From IMG/VR virus record IMGVR_UViG_3300049033_000018, positions 93,141 through 157,140 of that record: a stretch of 64,000 nucleotides of DNA. One strand, written 5' to 3'. How positions within the stretch are numbered: the stretch's first letter is position 1; every line of letters starts with the position of its first letter. Below the pieces are notes generated by a model, which saw nothing but the letters and a program-made list of their open reading frames with translations, was not told the origin of the DNA and did not search any database. Positions 9,137 to 19,754 of the stretch are shown one piece after another. Source of the DNA: a virus. Both the position numbers and the translations under genes were made by a program.

Positions 9137-11331
9137 TACGAATATATAATTTTATTGTTAGTATCTACTAGTTTCACTTCTTTCAAATAGCTTAATAAAG
9201 ACTTTGAATAAATTTCCTTAATTTCAGGTTTTGACCTGTATGGAAAAGAGTCAACTATTTCTGCTATTTTCAGTAATGATGGGTGCTCAAGGGATTTCTT
9301 TAAATCAAAAGTAGATTTAGTTTGTCCAAATTTATCAAATTCTGTAACATTAATATCATGTTGATATTGGAATTTTTTATCCAAATTCTTTTTCTCAGTA
9401 GTATTAATTCCAACCTTAATTTTAAGTTCTCTTTCAATGTCTATTAAATTGTCAACATCTATTTGAGTATTGGTGTACTCAAGAAATCTTTTATAAGCAT
9501 TTATTTCTTCTCTTATAAGAGCTTTATTTTCTACTAACCAACTGTTTAAAGTAGGATAAATAGTTTGTAATAATTTAACAGTGGTTTTAGCTCCTGTAAT
9601 AACTGTTACATTTCTGGATATAATCTGTAGTATTCCACTTACAGCTAATTTATTCCAATCTTCAACAGAATCTACAACTACTATCTTCTGTTTTACCCCA
9701 TCAGCTCCAGGAGTCCCTACTAATGTAGATAACTCTCCTTTAGTATAAGTGTACTTACTATCAAATCCAGCACTATTAAATCTAATTCTTTGTACTCCAT
9801 AGTACTTCACTGAACTACCCCCTCTTTGAACTTTATTGTTTACTCTAAACTCATCTGTGATTTTATTAACATTATAGTGCTCTTTACTATTCCAGAAGTG
9901 AATACATTCAGCTAAAAACAACTTTAGAGTATTTTTGTTTATTTTTCTAAGATATTTTTTATATAATTTGATTAATCTCTTAGTAAAATTCATACCTTCC
10001 CACTGACCTAAATAGAAGTTTGTATAGTGTTTTCTTAAATATTTTCTTTCAATGAGTGATAATTTGTCTGGAATAGACGTTGCATCTTTTAAAAGAGTAT
10101 AAACAGTAATCTTATGCTTATATCTTTGCATTTCATTCCATCTATTTACAAAATAATAAGGCTCAGACTCAAAATAAGTTCCCATTAATTCTTTTGCAAG
10201 ACTCCTAATCTCATGAAAATTAGGAAAAGTAACTTTATTTACATCTACAGGCTCTGTGTATTTTAGTCCAGAAGTCCAAATTTTCTCTTTATCAAACTCT
10301 ATAATGTAATGGTTACTATCTACACTATCATAAAGTTTCATAAAGGTCATTTCTTCCTTAGCTAGTTCATTTTTTTTAATTTCTTTTAGTTCTGTAAAGA
10401 ACTCTTTAAACCTATTAATGATAGTTCTAGCAGTATCTTCTTTATATAGAATCTGTTCTCTGTTAGGAGTAACTTGTAATTCTCCAATATTGAACTTAAC
10501 TGAAATCTTTTTGTTAATGGAAGAGATTGAATCAATAACCTTTTTATCCTCAGGACCCTCAGCATAATTATAAAGTTCATTAATTTCTATAGGGTATGCT
10601 ACTTTACCTAGTAGGATTGTACTTGTATTGTTTTCTGGGTCTCTACTAGAAATCAAGAAAGTGTTGTAAGCTTGGATTTTGATTGCATTAAATGAATTAT
10701 TGAAATCAGATGAATAATCACCTTTAACAAATACATTATCAAAATATCTTAACTGATTAATGATACCTCCTTTTAAAACAGTCCAATCTCTTTTTGAAAT
10801 ATCTAAAGAGAAAATAAGACCATTTGGGTCTGTAGTATCCTGTTCTAATGCCAAGTCAATGTTAATCTCAGTACCATTCTTGTACATCATATAAGTATAC
10901 TTCTTACCATTGTAATTTGATACGATATGAACCATATCAGCTACAGAAAGGGCAGAGAATCTTCCAATTCCAAACATACCAATTTGGTCATTCGTATCTC
11001 TCTTTGTAGATGAACCAGCTTTCTTAAAAACTTTATCAAATCTTTCAGGAGAAAGTCCTGTTCCAAAATCTTGAATAGACACCTGAAGCTTTGATGTATC
11101 AGTAACAGAGTGATTGATACTGATAACTACAGGGTCATTGGTTTTCGCTTCAATATGAGAATCCCATGCATTAGAGGTGATTTCTCTAATGAATGACTCA
11201 ATTGGCTTAGAGTACAACTTAGTAGAGATAATTGTCAGAATAAATCCTAAATTGTTTGTATCAATTCCAACGGCATTCCTTGAAATATCTCCATCCACTT
11301 TTACATTACTTACTTCTTGTTCTAGTTTCAT
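9136..11331 (-). CDS. rIIA: rIIA-like protein (GHKL/HSP90-like ATPase N-terminus)
   Basis: LYSKPI..IREITSNAWDSH, DFGTGLS, SSTKRDTNDQIGMFGIG, TPNREQI. Confidence 0.9.
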   Translation of the reverse strand: MKLEQEVSNVKVDGDISRNAVGIDTNNLGFILTIISTKLYSKPIESFIREITSNAWDSHIEAKTNDPVVISINHSVTDTSKLQVSIQDFGTGLSPERFDKVFKKAGSSTKRDTNDQIGMFGIGRFSALSVADMVHIVSNYNGKKYTYMMYKNGTEINIDLALEQDTTDPNGLIFSLDISKRDWTVLKGGIINQLRYFDNVFVKGDYSSDFNNSFNAIKIQAYNTFLISSRDPENNTSTILLGKVAYPIEINELYNYAEGPEDKKVIDSISSINKKISVKFNIGELQVTPNREQILYKEDTARTIINRFKEFFTELKEIKKNELAKEEMTFMKLYDSVDSNHYIIEFDKEKIWTSGLKYTEPVDVNKVTFPNFHEIRSLAKELMGTYFESEPYYFVNRWNEMQRYKHKITVYTLLKDATSIPDKLSLIERKYLRKHYTNFYLGQWEGMNFTKRLIKLYKKYLRKINKNTLKLFLAECIHFWNSKEHYNVNKITDEFRVNNKVQRGGSSVKYYGVQRIRFNSAGFDSKYTYTKGELSTLVGTPGADGVKQKIVVVDSVEDWNKLAVSGILQIISRNVTVITGAKTTVKLLQTIYPTLNSWLVENKALIREEINAYKRFLEYTNTQIDVDNLIDIERELKIKVGINTTEKKNLDKKFQYQHDINVTEFDKFGQTKSTFDLKKSLEHPSLLKIAEIVDSFPYRSKPEIKEIYSKSLLSYLKEVKLVDTNNKIIYS

Positions 11332-11347
11332 TGTTTTAATTATTTAT

Positions 11348-11385
11348 GCAAATATACAAAAAATCCCTCACATATGCAAGGGATT
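11348..11385 (-). promoter_or_regulatory. promoter overlapping an intrinsic terminator
   Basis: Minus strand AAATCCCTTGCATATGTGAGGGATTTTTTGTATATTTGCA. Confidence 0.75.
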
Positions 11386-11409
11386 TAATGTTAAAATAGT
11401 GTTAAAATT

Positions 11410-12048
11410 TTACTTTGTAGCTCCATTTACGTTAATCGCACCTACAGCTCCTGCTTTCGCTCTTTCGATTGAGGCATCTCTTTCAGCATCTAATTGTTCA
11501 TATAGCTTAGTAACTTGACTTTCTAAGAAAGTTTTTTGCCCTTCTAGAGTAGCAATTTTTGAGGTATTCTCAATGTTTGATGCTCTATGTTCAGCTTCAG
11601 CTAATTTAGTTGCTGCTTCGTGGTCTGATTTTAATTTGCTTGAAACAATTGCTACAGCTTTATCAGCTTCTTTAGCAGCATTTGCTTTAGTTGTTTCCAA
11701 CTCAGCTTTTAAAGCCTGTAATTCAGCTTTAGAAATGGCTACCTGACCATTTGACATAAGGAAATCAGTAACAACTTTGTTTGAATCCTGTTTAAATTGA
11801 ATGTCTAAATCAACATTCTTTTGTCTTAACTTTTCCTTGTATTCAGCTTCTAATCCTTCAATTTCAGCCGTTTTGTTTGTAATTTGAAGAGTAAGTTCCT
11901 CAGCTTTTGCTTCCATGTTATCTAAGATAAGAGCTGCTGCTCCTCTTAAATCTCCAACTGCTCTGTTGATTAACTGAGCCCCCTGACCCAAAATTACTTC
12001 TGTTGCTACATTTGTTTTCTTTGTTGCTGTTGCTTTTCCGATTGCCAT
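11410..12048 (-). CDS. coiled-coil hypothetical protein
   Basis: Ala/Lys/Glu-rich heptads. Confidence 0.75.
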   Translation of the reverse strand: MAIGKATATKKTNVATEVILGQGAQLINRAVGDLRGAAALILDNMEAKAEELTLQITNKTAEIEGLEAEYKEKLRQKNVDLDIQFKQDSNKVVTDFLMSNGQVAISKAELQALKAELETTKANAAKEADKAVAIVSSKLKSDHEAATKLAEAEHRASNIENTSKIATLEGQKTFLESQVTKLYEQLDAERDASIERAKAGAVGAINVNGATK

Positions 12049-12071
12049 AATAAATAATTTGTTTTAAAATT

Positions 12072-12350
12072 TTACGATTGTTTTTTGCTGATTGTGTAAG
12101 CGTTATTTTCTTTTGTAATGACCATACTCCCTTCTGTAATATTAGGGTGGTCAAGTTGGATACTACCTTTATAAAATACTCCTGGATATAAAGGTACAGT
12201 TGAATTAGTGAATGTTTTCAGTTGAATTAAAAAATGATGACCTTTAGAAAAAGAGTAGGTATCTCTAACTTCCCACCCTTTATCTAGATATTCATTTAAA
12301 TCATCCACACCAATTGAATCGCTATCAAGAACTGTGATTAATTTTTGCAT
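12072..12350 (-). CDS. hypothetical protein
   Basis: Packed ORF. Confidence 0.6.
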   Translation of the reverse strand: MQKLITVLDSDSIGVDDLNEYLDKGWEVRDTYSFSKGHHFLIQLKTFTNSTVPLYPGVFYKGSIQLDHPNITEGSMVITKENNAYTISKKQS

Positions 12351-12351
12351 G

Positions 12352-12939
12352 TTACTTCTTTTTTAAAGTGTACTTTACTTTGTCCACAATAAGATACTGA
12401 ATAGTTCTAGTATCAACTTGTCTTAACCTAGTGTCATAGTTAGCTCCTGCTCCTGGTAAAGGTTTTTCCATGTCAACCATGTTCACTCTACCAAAGTTAT
12501 CTTGAGCACCATGCCATCTACCTCTCATTACTCTTGGGTCAGTTTTTTCTTTTGTTTCTACTGGCTTAGATGCAAATTCTTCAATTGCACTTCTACCTTT
12601 AGCCATCAAAGCTTTTTCAACCTGTTCTGCCCAAGCAGCTCTGTCTTTTGCTAATTGAGTTTTACTTTTGTCTTTTCCTTGAGGGATAAAACATACTGTT
12701 AAAACTCTGTAAGGGTTAGCTAAGAAGATTTCTGCCAATTCTGTTGCTGTTTTATCTTCCTCAGAGTCAAAATAATCTCCTGTAACTAAGATGTCACTTT
12801 CAACATAATCTTTGCTTAAAGTAATTTCATTGCCGAAATCATCTAAAGTTACAATTCCACCTTTACCATCTGAACCTTGAACAACATAATAAGCTGTTTC
12901 TGATAAAATGTCTCCTTTCTTAAATACTGTTTTACTCAT
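12352..12939 (-). CDS. hypothetical protein
   Basis: Packed ORF; C-terminal RQVDTRTIQYLIVDKVKY. Confidence 0.75.
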   Translation of the reverse strand: MSKTVFKKGDILSETAYYVVQGSDGKGGIVTLDDFGNEITLSKDYVESDILVTGDYFDSEEDKTATELAEIFLANPYRVLTVCFIPQGKDKSKTQLAKDRAAWAEQVEKALMAKGRSAIEEFASKPVETKEKTDPRVMRGRWHGAQDNFGRVNMVDMEKPLPGAGANYDTRLRQVDTRTIQYLIVDKVKYTLKKK

Positions 12940-12950
12940 TGCTGTTTATT

Positions 12951-13811
12951 TTACTTTTTATTTACTGTTTTATAGAATCCTCTTGTTACTTCCTCTCCAT
13001 TAGATACCGCACTCATAAAGCTCATTCTTGCAGAAGAAGTTTGAACCATAGCTTTCTCTAATCCTTTAGCAGAACCATCATAAACTAATGTATTTGAAGC
13101 ATCAATGTTAATATTCTCTTGAACTTTTTTAACATCTGAATCTGTTCCAACGAAAGTTACTGTGAAACCATTTTTTTCTGCTTTTGAAATCAATTCTTTT
13201 ACTTTAAAAGGGTTTCTAAATTCTCTAGAATCATTTTCAATACCATCTGTGTAGATGTTTACTAACACTTTAGTATCTTTATGGTCTGTATGGTTTTTCA
13301 TGTCCAATACTTTATTCAAAGTAATTCCAATTGCATCATAAAGAGCAGTTGACCCACCCATTTTGTAATCAGGAACTCTTGTAAAAGTATCTAGTTTTTT
13401 AGGAGCTTCAAATTGATACATATCTGGCTCACTAAAGATACAAATACCATAATGGTAATTTGCTTCAACCTTACTATTTTTAAGGTCAGCTATACCAATC
13501 TTAATACCTTCATCTGCTTTTGAGATTTTAGAGCTCTTGCTCATTAGGTCACCCATTGAAACACTAGCATCCAAAATATCAATAACAAATATTGTTGGAA
13601 CTACTTTTTTCTTAACTACTTTGGTTTTTGTAGGTTTTGGTTCCTTTTTCATTTCAGACAAAGTATGAGATGGAGACCCAATCATACCTTCTAGAAAACC
13701 TTTGTAAAGGTCAGCAGTTGCATAACCAGCAGCTTGTGCTAGTTTTAGTTTTCTTTCATTATTAGCTTTTTTAAATGATGCTAATGCTTTTTCAAAAAAT
13801 TGTACACTCAT
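12951..13811 (-). CDS. von Willebrand factor A domain protein
   Basis: MIDAS DASVSM, GSTALYDAIG, YTDGIENDS. Confidence 0.88.
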   Translation of the reverse strand: MSVQFFEKALASFKKANNERKLKLAQAAGYATADLYKGFLEGMIGSPSHTLSEMKKEPKPTKTKVVKKKVVPTIFVIDILDASVSMGDLMSKSSKISKADEGIKIGIADLKNSKVEANYHYGICIFSEPDMYQFEAPKKLDTFTRVPDYKMGGSTALYDAIGITLNKVLDMKNHTDHKDTKVLVNIYTDGIENDSREFRNPFKVKELISKAEKNGFTVTFVGTDSDVKKVQENINIDASNTLVYDGSAKGLEKAMVQTSSARMSFMSAVSNGEEVTRGFYKTVNKK

Positions 13812-13828
13812 TATAAACTTATTTTCTT

Positions 13829-14761
13829 TTAAAATTTTACGAAGTTTTGATTTACGTTTAATACGAACATTCCAAGTTTATGGAAGTTTCTTGTAACTCC
13901 TATTCTGTCATCCAGAACACCAACTACGTTGAAGTTTGGTACAAGATTATTCAAAACTATTTCTTCTTTTACTATACTGTCGTTTCTTTGGTCTTTCGCT
14001 CTTCTCATAAAGATTTCAGAATCGGTCATCCACAAATTATTATCCTTTAACCATTTGACAGTTGTTCCCATACAAGAGTCCTGTCTGCCTGATACGAACA
14101 CTATCTTGAAACCATCTTTATGAAGAGCTCTGATAATGTGCCCCACTTCCTTAATTTCAATATCTAAATGAAGCTTAGAATCATCAAAGATGTCTCTGTC
14201 TCCTTTTAGAGCAACCGTACCATCAATATCAACGATATAGGTTGCAGGAAGGTTAGTGTCAAATTTAACTTTGGTGGAGGTTTGTGGGTAGAAGAGTCTT
14301 TCACCATGCATAGCTTTTTTAAGCTTTTGGTAATCGTTAAACTGTTTATCAATGTAATCAGTTTTGATTGTCCAAGAAGTATCAGTTCTCATTGATACTC
14401 TTTGCTTAGCTTCTTTTACATCAATATCAAGAAATACTAATTCAATGTCAGCTAGGTGATTAAACTTGAAGATAATATCATCAATTACTTTCTTCTGTAA
14501 ATGAGTATTATCAAAGACAATATCTCTTCCTTTGTTAAGAGCATTATAAACTGTGTCTTCAATGGTTTCAGAAACTAAATCTTCACAAGCTCTAATGTCT
14601 TTCCTCTCATAGTACAAATGGTCTGATTGTTTAGCTCCGAAAAGCATTAATCTTGCATCGTCTCTGTTAACTCTGATTGTGTTTTTGTCTTTTAGAAGAG
14701 GAACAGTAAAACTTGATTTACCTGCTCCTGAAATACCTATTAAAACTGTTATTTTACTCAT
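13829..14761 (-). CDS. pseT: polynucleotide 5'-kinase / 3'-phosphatase (T4 PseT-like)
   Basis: GISGAGKS, NRDDAR, HAD DIDGT, SGR, DDR. Confidence 0.92.
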   Translation of the reverse strand: MSKITVLIGISGAGKSSFTVPLLKDKNTIRVNRDDARLMLFGAKQSDHLYYERKDIRACEDLVSETIEDTVYNALNKGRDIVFDNTHLQKKVIDDIIFKFNHLADIELVFLDIDVKEAKQRVSMRTDTSWTIKTDYIDKQFNDYQKLKKAMHGERLFYPQTSTKVKFDTNLPATYIVDIDGTVALKGDRDIFDDSKLHLDIEIKEVGHIIRALHKDGFKIVFVSGRQDSCMGTTVKWLKDNNLWMTDSEIFMRRAKDQRNDSIVKEEIVLNNLVPNFNVVGVLDDRIGVTRNFHKLGMFVLNVNQNFVKF

Positions 14762-14783
14762 TTGTTTAGTTGATTATTATACT

Positions 14784-14816
14784 GCAAAGATACAAAAAAT
14801 TATTGTAATATGCAAA
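14784..14816 (-). promoter_or_regulatory. Bacteroidetes-type promoter
   Basis: TTTGCATATT...TGTATCTTTGCA with upstream TTAAC pair. Confidence 0.8.
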
Positions 14817-14854
14817 TATTTTTAGTTAAAAGTTTGTTAAAAATTTAAACTTTA

Positions 14855-15496
14855 TTATTCATTACCTATATAGAGTACAGTGTTAGCATCTTTTTGAATA
14901 ACAATTGTTGGGGTACCTTGAGAAGATAACTCTGTGTTAAACTTTTCAATAACTCTAGTGTCAAAAGGTTTACAGATTATATGAATTCCTGATTTGGTTG
15001 TATTAATGAAAATTGGGAAATTACTAATTGGATTTATTTCACTGAATCTATCATAAGTTTTTCTATCCTTATAATGTTTTTTCAATTCTTTTATTACATC
15101 ATCTTTAAGATGTAAATGTTCTGCATCCATATCAATAACCCACCAATCTTTGGAACCACCTTTTCCTGAAACCGAATTCCAGACTCCCTCATTCTTCCAT
15201 GCACAATTATTCAGGATGTTATCAATAATCTCTTTCTGCATTAACATTGAAATAGTTACAGCATTTTGAGTATTAAGTCTCAGATAAGCTCTAGCATTAT
15301 TCAAATCACATATTTCTTTGATTCTGTTTTTCTGTTTATCAAATTCTTGCCAAGAGTAGAAAGTATAAACTTTTAGTTGTTTTTCAGAATATTCCAACTC
15401 AGGATTGTCTTTCTTTCTTTGTAGTATTCGCACTACATAAAAGTCATTTTCTGTTCTCAAATAAATGAGAGGCTCAAGTATTTCTAGTCTTTTCAT
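14855..15496 (-). CDS. conserved phage protein with possible AEP/primase-polymerase-like motifs
   Basis: WWVIDMD (DxD) and TTKSGIHII (SxxGxH-like); start moved to MKRLEIL. Confidence 0.55.
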   Translation of the reverse strand: MKRLEILEPLIYLRTENDFYVVRILQRKKDNPELEYSEKQLKVYTFYSWQEFDKQKNRIKEICDLNNARAYLRLNTQNAVTISMLMQKEIIDNILNNCAWKNEGVWNSVSGKGGSKDWWVIDMDAEHLHLKDDVIKELKKHYKDRKTYDRFSEINPISNFPIFINTTKSGIHIICKPFDTRVIEKFNTELSSQGTPTIVIQKDANTVLYIGNE

Positions 15497-15740
15497 ATTC
15501 TTCAGGTTTAAATGGGAATATTTTACCCCCAATTATATTTAAATTTTCATCTACTTTAATTTCTAAATTAGCATATTCTCCATATTCAAAAATTAAATTT
15601 GCTTTTTCATGTAACTTATCATGAGCAATATCTTCATCAGGGAATTCTTTTTGTATGTTTTCTTGAAATAAATCATAAACTAAATCCATCCACCCATCAG
15701 AATACTTAATGTTCTCTAGTGTTATCTTTGATGTTTTCAT
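15474..15740 (-). CDS. hypothetical protein
   Basis: Packed ORF. Confidence 0.6.
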   Translation of the reverse strand: MKTSKITLENIKYSDGWMDLVYDLFQENIQKEFPDEDIAHDKLHEKANLIFEYGEYANLEIKVDENLNIIGGKIFPFKPEEYEKTRNT

Positions 15741-15741
15741 T

Positions 15742-16134
15742 TTAAAATTCATTTAAATTATGAATTGCTGTATTTAAATCATTATCAAACTGTTCCTTAG
15801 TTCTTACATCAAACCATCCATTAAATAAAGATTTGATAATTGAGCCTTTCTCACTATTATCTTTATCATTGTATAAATCAGTTAACCCTCCTATTGCTGA
15901 AATATTAAAGGATTCTATTTTATTCTTGAAACTCAGATAAACACAAGTTACATGATATTGATGGATTATTTCAGACTCACCTTTCTCATGTCTCCATGTA
16001 GTCCAAATAGGTATCATTCTAACTGACCTTCTCACCCCTGTTTCAAAAAAATAAGCAGGTTCATCAGGTAAGTCATATTCTTTACCTTCAACTTCTATTC
16101 TTTTTATTTCGTAAGTATTAATTTTTACTTTCAT
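15742..16134 (-). CDS. hypothetical protein
   Basis: Packed ORF. Confidence 0.65.
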   Translation of the reverse strand: MKVKINTYEIKRIEVEGKEYDLPDEPAYFFETGVRRSVRMIPIWTTWRHEKGESEIIHQYHVTCVYLSFKNKIESFNISAIGGLTDLYNDKDNSEKGSIIKSLFNGWFDVRTKEQFDNDLNTAIHNLNEF

Positions 16135-16360
16135 TTTCTAAGTGTTTTCTACTGTGATATGTAGCTACAATTTCCCCATCAATGATGTTACGTTTAGTTA
16201 TAATACCTATACTACCTGTTCCATCACTTTTATAAGGGTCATATCCTACAATGTATTTACTAGGCTGTTTAAATTTTAATATATGGTTATGAAGGAGTGG
16301 AAACCCTAATATATCCACTCCAACCCAGAATGTTATAACTTTAATCATATTAATTAGCAT
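16118..16360 (-). CDS. hypothetical protein
   Basis: Packed ORF. Confidence 0.5.
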   Translation of the reverse strand: MLINMIKVITFWVGVDILGFPLLHNHILKFKQPSKYIVGYDPYKSDGTGSIGIITKRNIIDGEIVATYHSRKHLENESKN

Positions 16361-16646
16361 CTTTTCTCCAGATTCTTTTACCTGTTGTATAGATAGTATC
16401 TGTTGTTTTAGTTACAAAAGGAAACCAAGTTTTCTCTTTTTTTACAATCATTGTTTCTCTTTCCTCATACTTTGAATCAATACGAGGGTTCTTCACAACT
16501 TTTGAAGCATGTTCATAGGTAATTGGAGTAACCAATTCTAATTTATCTTCATATACAGCAGGAGTTAGTCTATACCACATTAAACTAGGAGTTATAAATA
16601 GTATGATTAAAATTATTGTTAGCAATACACTTCGTCTGAATTCCAT
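16350..16646 (-). CDS. membrane-anchored hypothetical protein
   Basis: N-terminal hydrophobic helix. Confidence 0.6.
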   Translation of the reverse strand: MEFRRSVLLTIILIILFITPSLMWYRLTPAVYEDKLELVTPITYEHASKVVKNPRIDSKYEERETMIVKKEKTWFPFVTKTTDTIYTTGKRIWRKDAN

Positions 16647-17404
16647 TGTTCGTGGTTTTTAAGTTTATAAATTTTAGTAAAACTGAAGTAAAATAGACTG
16701 ATAAAAACAGCCATTCCTGATATGATAATCATTGCTTCTACATTCAATACTATAAATAAAAGAAACATTATAGTAGAAAGCATTAACATAACGAACCTAA
16801 TAAAATTAGAAAATACATCATCCTTATGTACAAAAGTATCAAATAAAAACCAATACTTTCTAGATTTATTAAATTCACTCCCCCAGCTATGTATCTGATT
16901 GAATACATCTTTCTCCTTTGCTTCTGGATTATAAGAATCAGAAGTATGAGTTCTATAAAACAACATCAAATCTCCACTATATGAAAAGTCTTTTTTACCA
17001 AACATTTCTGTTGGAGCTAACATAAAAAGTTGTCTAGTGGAGATAGGAAATTTATTTCTATCACAAAAATCTTTAATATGATTTGCTGTATCAGGTGGAA
17101 CAATTCCTCTGTATTTAGTTGTAGGAAGCATTCTTAAATCATATTTATGACAAAGCTCTTTAATCTGGGCTCCTGTAAAACATTCAGTTTTATAAGTTGC
17201 CTCAGCAGCCTTTACCCTTTTGTAATCATCTGTGATTGTACTGTCAGCAGGATTAGTTGAGGAAAGACCAGCTTCTTTAAGAATCTCATCTTGCTCTCTT
17301 GAGTATCCTATCAATAAAGTTTTAGCACTTTCTAGGGAATTTATAAAAGGTCGTTCTTCCTTGTCTTTTAAGGTTCGTAGTTCTTTTTTTAATCTTGTAT
17401 TCAT
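16619..17404 (-). CDS. hypothetical membrane protein
   Basis: Two C-terminal TM segments. Confidence 0.7.
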   Translation of the reverse strand: MNTRLKKELRTLKDKEERPFINSLESAKTLLIGYSREQDEILKEAGLSSTNPADSTITDDYKRVKAAEATYKTECFTGAQIKELCHKYDLRMLPTTKYRGIVPPDTANHIKDFCDRNKFPISTRQLFMLAPTEMFGKKDFSYSGDLMLFYRTHTSDSYNPEAKEKDVFNQIHSWGSEFNKSRKYWFLFDTFVHKDDVFSNFIRFVMLMLSTIMFLLFIVLNVEAMIIISGMAVFISLFYFSFTKIYKLKNHEQWNSDEVYC

Positions 17405-17406
17405 TT

Positions 17407-17883
17407 TTATTTGTTTAGTATTTTGATAGCATCTTCAACATGCCAATCTTTTAAACCATATTTCCACATTGTTTTTACAAAGTTATTCTGTTGGTTTTTA
17501 CACATGTCATTATCATCATCTAAGATAACATAATTGTCGAATTTTACTTTTGAATTAAGCATCCAAAATTGAATTTCATCCCCTCTTACAGTTTCTCCAA
17601 ATCTACATCTTCCTTTAAGTGAAGGAGTCTTCCCAATAATTGTACCATTGATACCAACTTTTTTAAATAGTTCTTTCAATTGATTAGTTGTTCTACCTAT
17701 TCTCCATGCAGAAGAAATAACTATACTGGCATTTGTAGCTTTTATAATTCGGTTGAACCTCTTTACAGCTTCAGAATCGAATTCACTCAAAGGATACTTT
17801 TCATCATAACCTGTTTTATTCCTTTTGATAAAATATTCCTCACTGTTGAGAACTCCATCAATATCCAAAAATATTATATTCAT
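17407..17883 (-). CDS. HAD-superfamily phosphatase (Swiss-army-knife RNA repair type)
   Basis: IIFLDIDGVLN, IVISSAWR, RGDEI, YVILDDD. Confidence 0.88.
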   Translation of the reverse strand: MNIIFLDIDGVLNSEEYFIKRNKTGYDEKYPLSEFDSEAVKRFNRIIKATNASIVISSAWRIGRTTNQLKELFKKVGINGTIIGKTPSLKGRCRFGETVRGDEIQFWMLNSKVKFDNYVILDDDNDMCKNQQNNFVKTMWKYGLKDWHVEDAIKILNK

Positions 17884-18356
17884 TAGTCAGTATAAGCTAC
17901 AAATTTAAAATGATTTTTACCAAAACTCGTAAACCTACCTCCAAAGGTTCCATCTACTCGTTTTCTTACCTCTTCCTGAGTCATACCATCGGGATAAACA
18001 CCTTCTTTAATCATTGAGAAATGTGTATGACTAGAACTCCTATAATCAAATTTTTCTACAGGTATTTCTCCATTAATCTGCATTCTTAAATAGGTTTCTT
18101 TTTCATCTCTTAGACTCATTTGTCTATCCCATTCTGCCTGATTCTTTTTCACATACTCTCTATCTCTTTCCCTTTGTTCCTCCTCTCCATCCCATCCACA
18201 CTCAGGGCAGTGTTCTTTTATAGTAGTACAGTACCCACATGGAGGGTTGATATGACAACTACACCCTCCATCTACATACTTTTCTTCTATAATACCTTGG
18301 CAACCATTCCTATTACAGGTGCTACCATCCTCATAACCTTCTTCTAAAGTACTCAT
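17883..18356 (-). CDS. Cys-rich conserved phage protein
   Basis: CNRNGC, GCSCHINPPCGYC, CPECG. Confidence 0.75.
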   Translation of the reverse strand: MSTLEEGYEDGSTCNRNGCQGIIEEKYVDGGCSCHINPPCGYCTTIKEHCPECGWDGEEEQRERDREYVKKNQAEWDRQMSLRDEKETYLRMQINGEIPVEKFDYRSSSHTHFSMIKEGVYPDGMTQEEVRKRVDGTFGGRFTSFGKNHFKFVAYTD

Positions 18357-18568
18357 CTTCGTCTAATTTTTTTAATTATAAAAATAAATATGATAATTAA
18401 CCCTAGAGCTGTATTAACTAAAGGTATACAAGCAAAAAATAACAGAAGTAAAACAATAATATCACTCCATTTATCTCCTATTTGATTTAACTTTGCAAAT
18501 TCAATGATAAATATGTAAAGTATAATCAAAGGTATTACATATAGAATCAAAAAAACTGTTGTCCACAT
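18353..18568 (-). CDS. small two-TM membrane protein
   Basis: Two hydrophobic helices, basic C-terminus. Confidence 0.6.
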   Translation of the reverse strand: MWTTVFLILYVIPLIILYIFIIEFAKLNQIGDKWSDIIVLLLLFFACIPLVNTALGLIIIFIFIIKKIRRR

Positions 18569-18569
18569 A

Positions 18570-19751
18570 TTAAAACCCTCTTCTAAATGTTAATAAAATA
18601 TTTTTTGCATACTCAACATCAATCATTTCTGGTAAATTAACTGTTTCATAGTTACCATGAATCTCACTGACAAGCTTTTCAGCATCTTTCATAAGCTCTT
18701 CATAAGGATATTTACCTTCTTTTATGTCTCTAAGAAACTGAACATTCTCTGTTCTAACAATAATTCCTTTTCCTAATGAAACATTTAAAGCCATCTCTAA
18801 TAATCTGAACAAATGAGACATATTTTTTAAGTCAACTCCTTGTCCTGCCTTTTGATTTAAATCAAATCTAGCCTCATTTCTATTCTTTACCCACTCCCAG
18901 TATGCTTTATGTTGCTTACAGTGTACCTCAAATCCATCTAGGTTATAATATAGGGTATATACTTCTTTCCTTAATTCAATATTTGTTTTAGGGATAGAAG
19001 AAAGTCTTAGCTGAGTGGATTTACTATCTTTAATAAGACCTGCAAAGTTATCCCCATCCAACTCATTTAAATATAATGCATATAGACCTTTACCATTCTC
19101 TACTTTTACTAATCCCCAGTTATTATGGTTTAAATACTGTTCTTCAAGACTCCCATGATAAGAAATATATGTATCATACCAATCCAAGAAAGGAATTGAT
19201 TTTGCTCCATCAACAATGTAACAATAATGCAAAATTGAATTTCTCTCCTCTGGCTGTCTATTATTCATGTTCTTATTAAGTCCTGTAGCTTTCTTTATCT
19301 GAGACTTAGCATATCCTAGAATTGAATTTTCAGTGAGTTTTGTAACCCATTTTTCCTGACTTTCAAATACTTTCATTGAATCATCTTTAAATATAACACA
19401 TTCTTCAGGAATATCCAAAGTTTCAAGAATAGTAGGATTATTTTTTACAAGTAACTCAATGTAATTTTGAATCTCGTACCCTACAATATCACCAGTTCCT
19501 GAGACATCAATATAAGGAATGTAATTAGGCTTAGCTACTTGTTCAGAAAGACTTTTAAGAATCTCTACTGTTGGTTGTTGATAAACAAATGTAATATCAA
19601 CATCTGATTTGTCTGTAGCTGTTCCATACATATGACTCCCTCTTACATAAGCTAGCAAAATTTTAATATTGTGTTGCTTTTCTATGAAAGGAATTGAAGC
19701 TCCAAATTTATTCTTTTCTAATTTAAATTCATGTGTCTTTAGATTTGCCAT
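18570..19751 (-). CDS. nucleotidyltransferase, DNA pol beta superfamily (YcgL/RlaP-like)
   Basis: GSHMYG...SDVD, NNPTILE, KNMSHLFRLL. Confidence 0.88.
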   Translation of the reverse strand: MANLKTHEFKLEKNKFGASIPFIEKQHNIKILLAYVRGSHMYGTATDKSDVDITFVYQQPTVEILKSLSEQVAKPNYIPYIDVSGTGDIVGYEIQNYIELLVKNNPTILETLDIPEECVIFKDDSMKVFESQEKWVTKLTENSILGYAKSQIKKATGLNKNMNNRQPEERNSILHYCYIVDGAKSIPFLDWYDTYISYHGSLEEQYLNHNNWGLVKVENGKGLYALYLNELDGDNFAGLIKDSKSTQLRLSSIPKTNIELRKEVYTLYYNLDGFEVHCKQHKAYWEWVKNRNEARFDLNQKAGQGVDLKNMSHLFRLLEMALNVSLGKGIIVRTENVQFLRDIKEGKYPYEELMKDAEKLVSEIHGNYETVNLPEMIDVEYAKNILLTFRRGF

Positions 19752-19754
19752 TAT

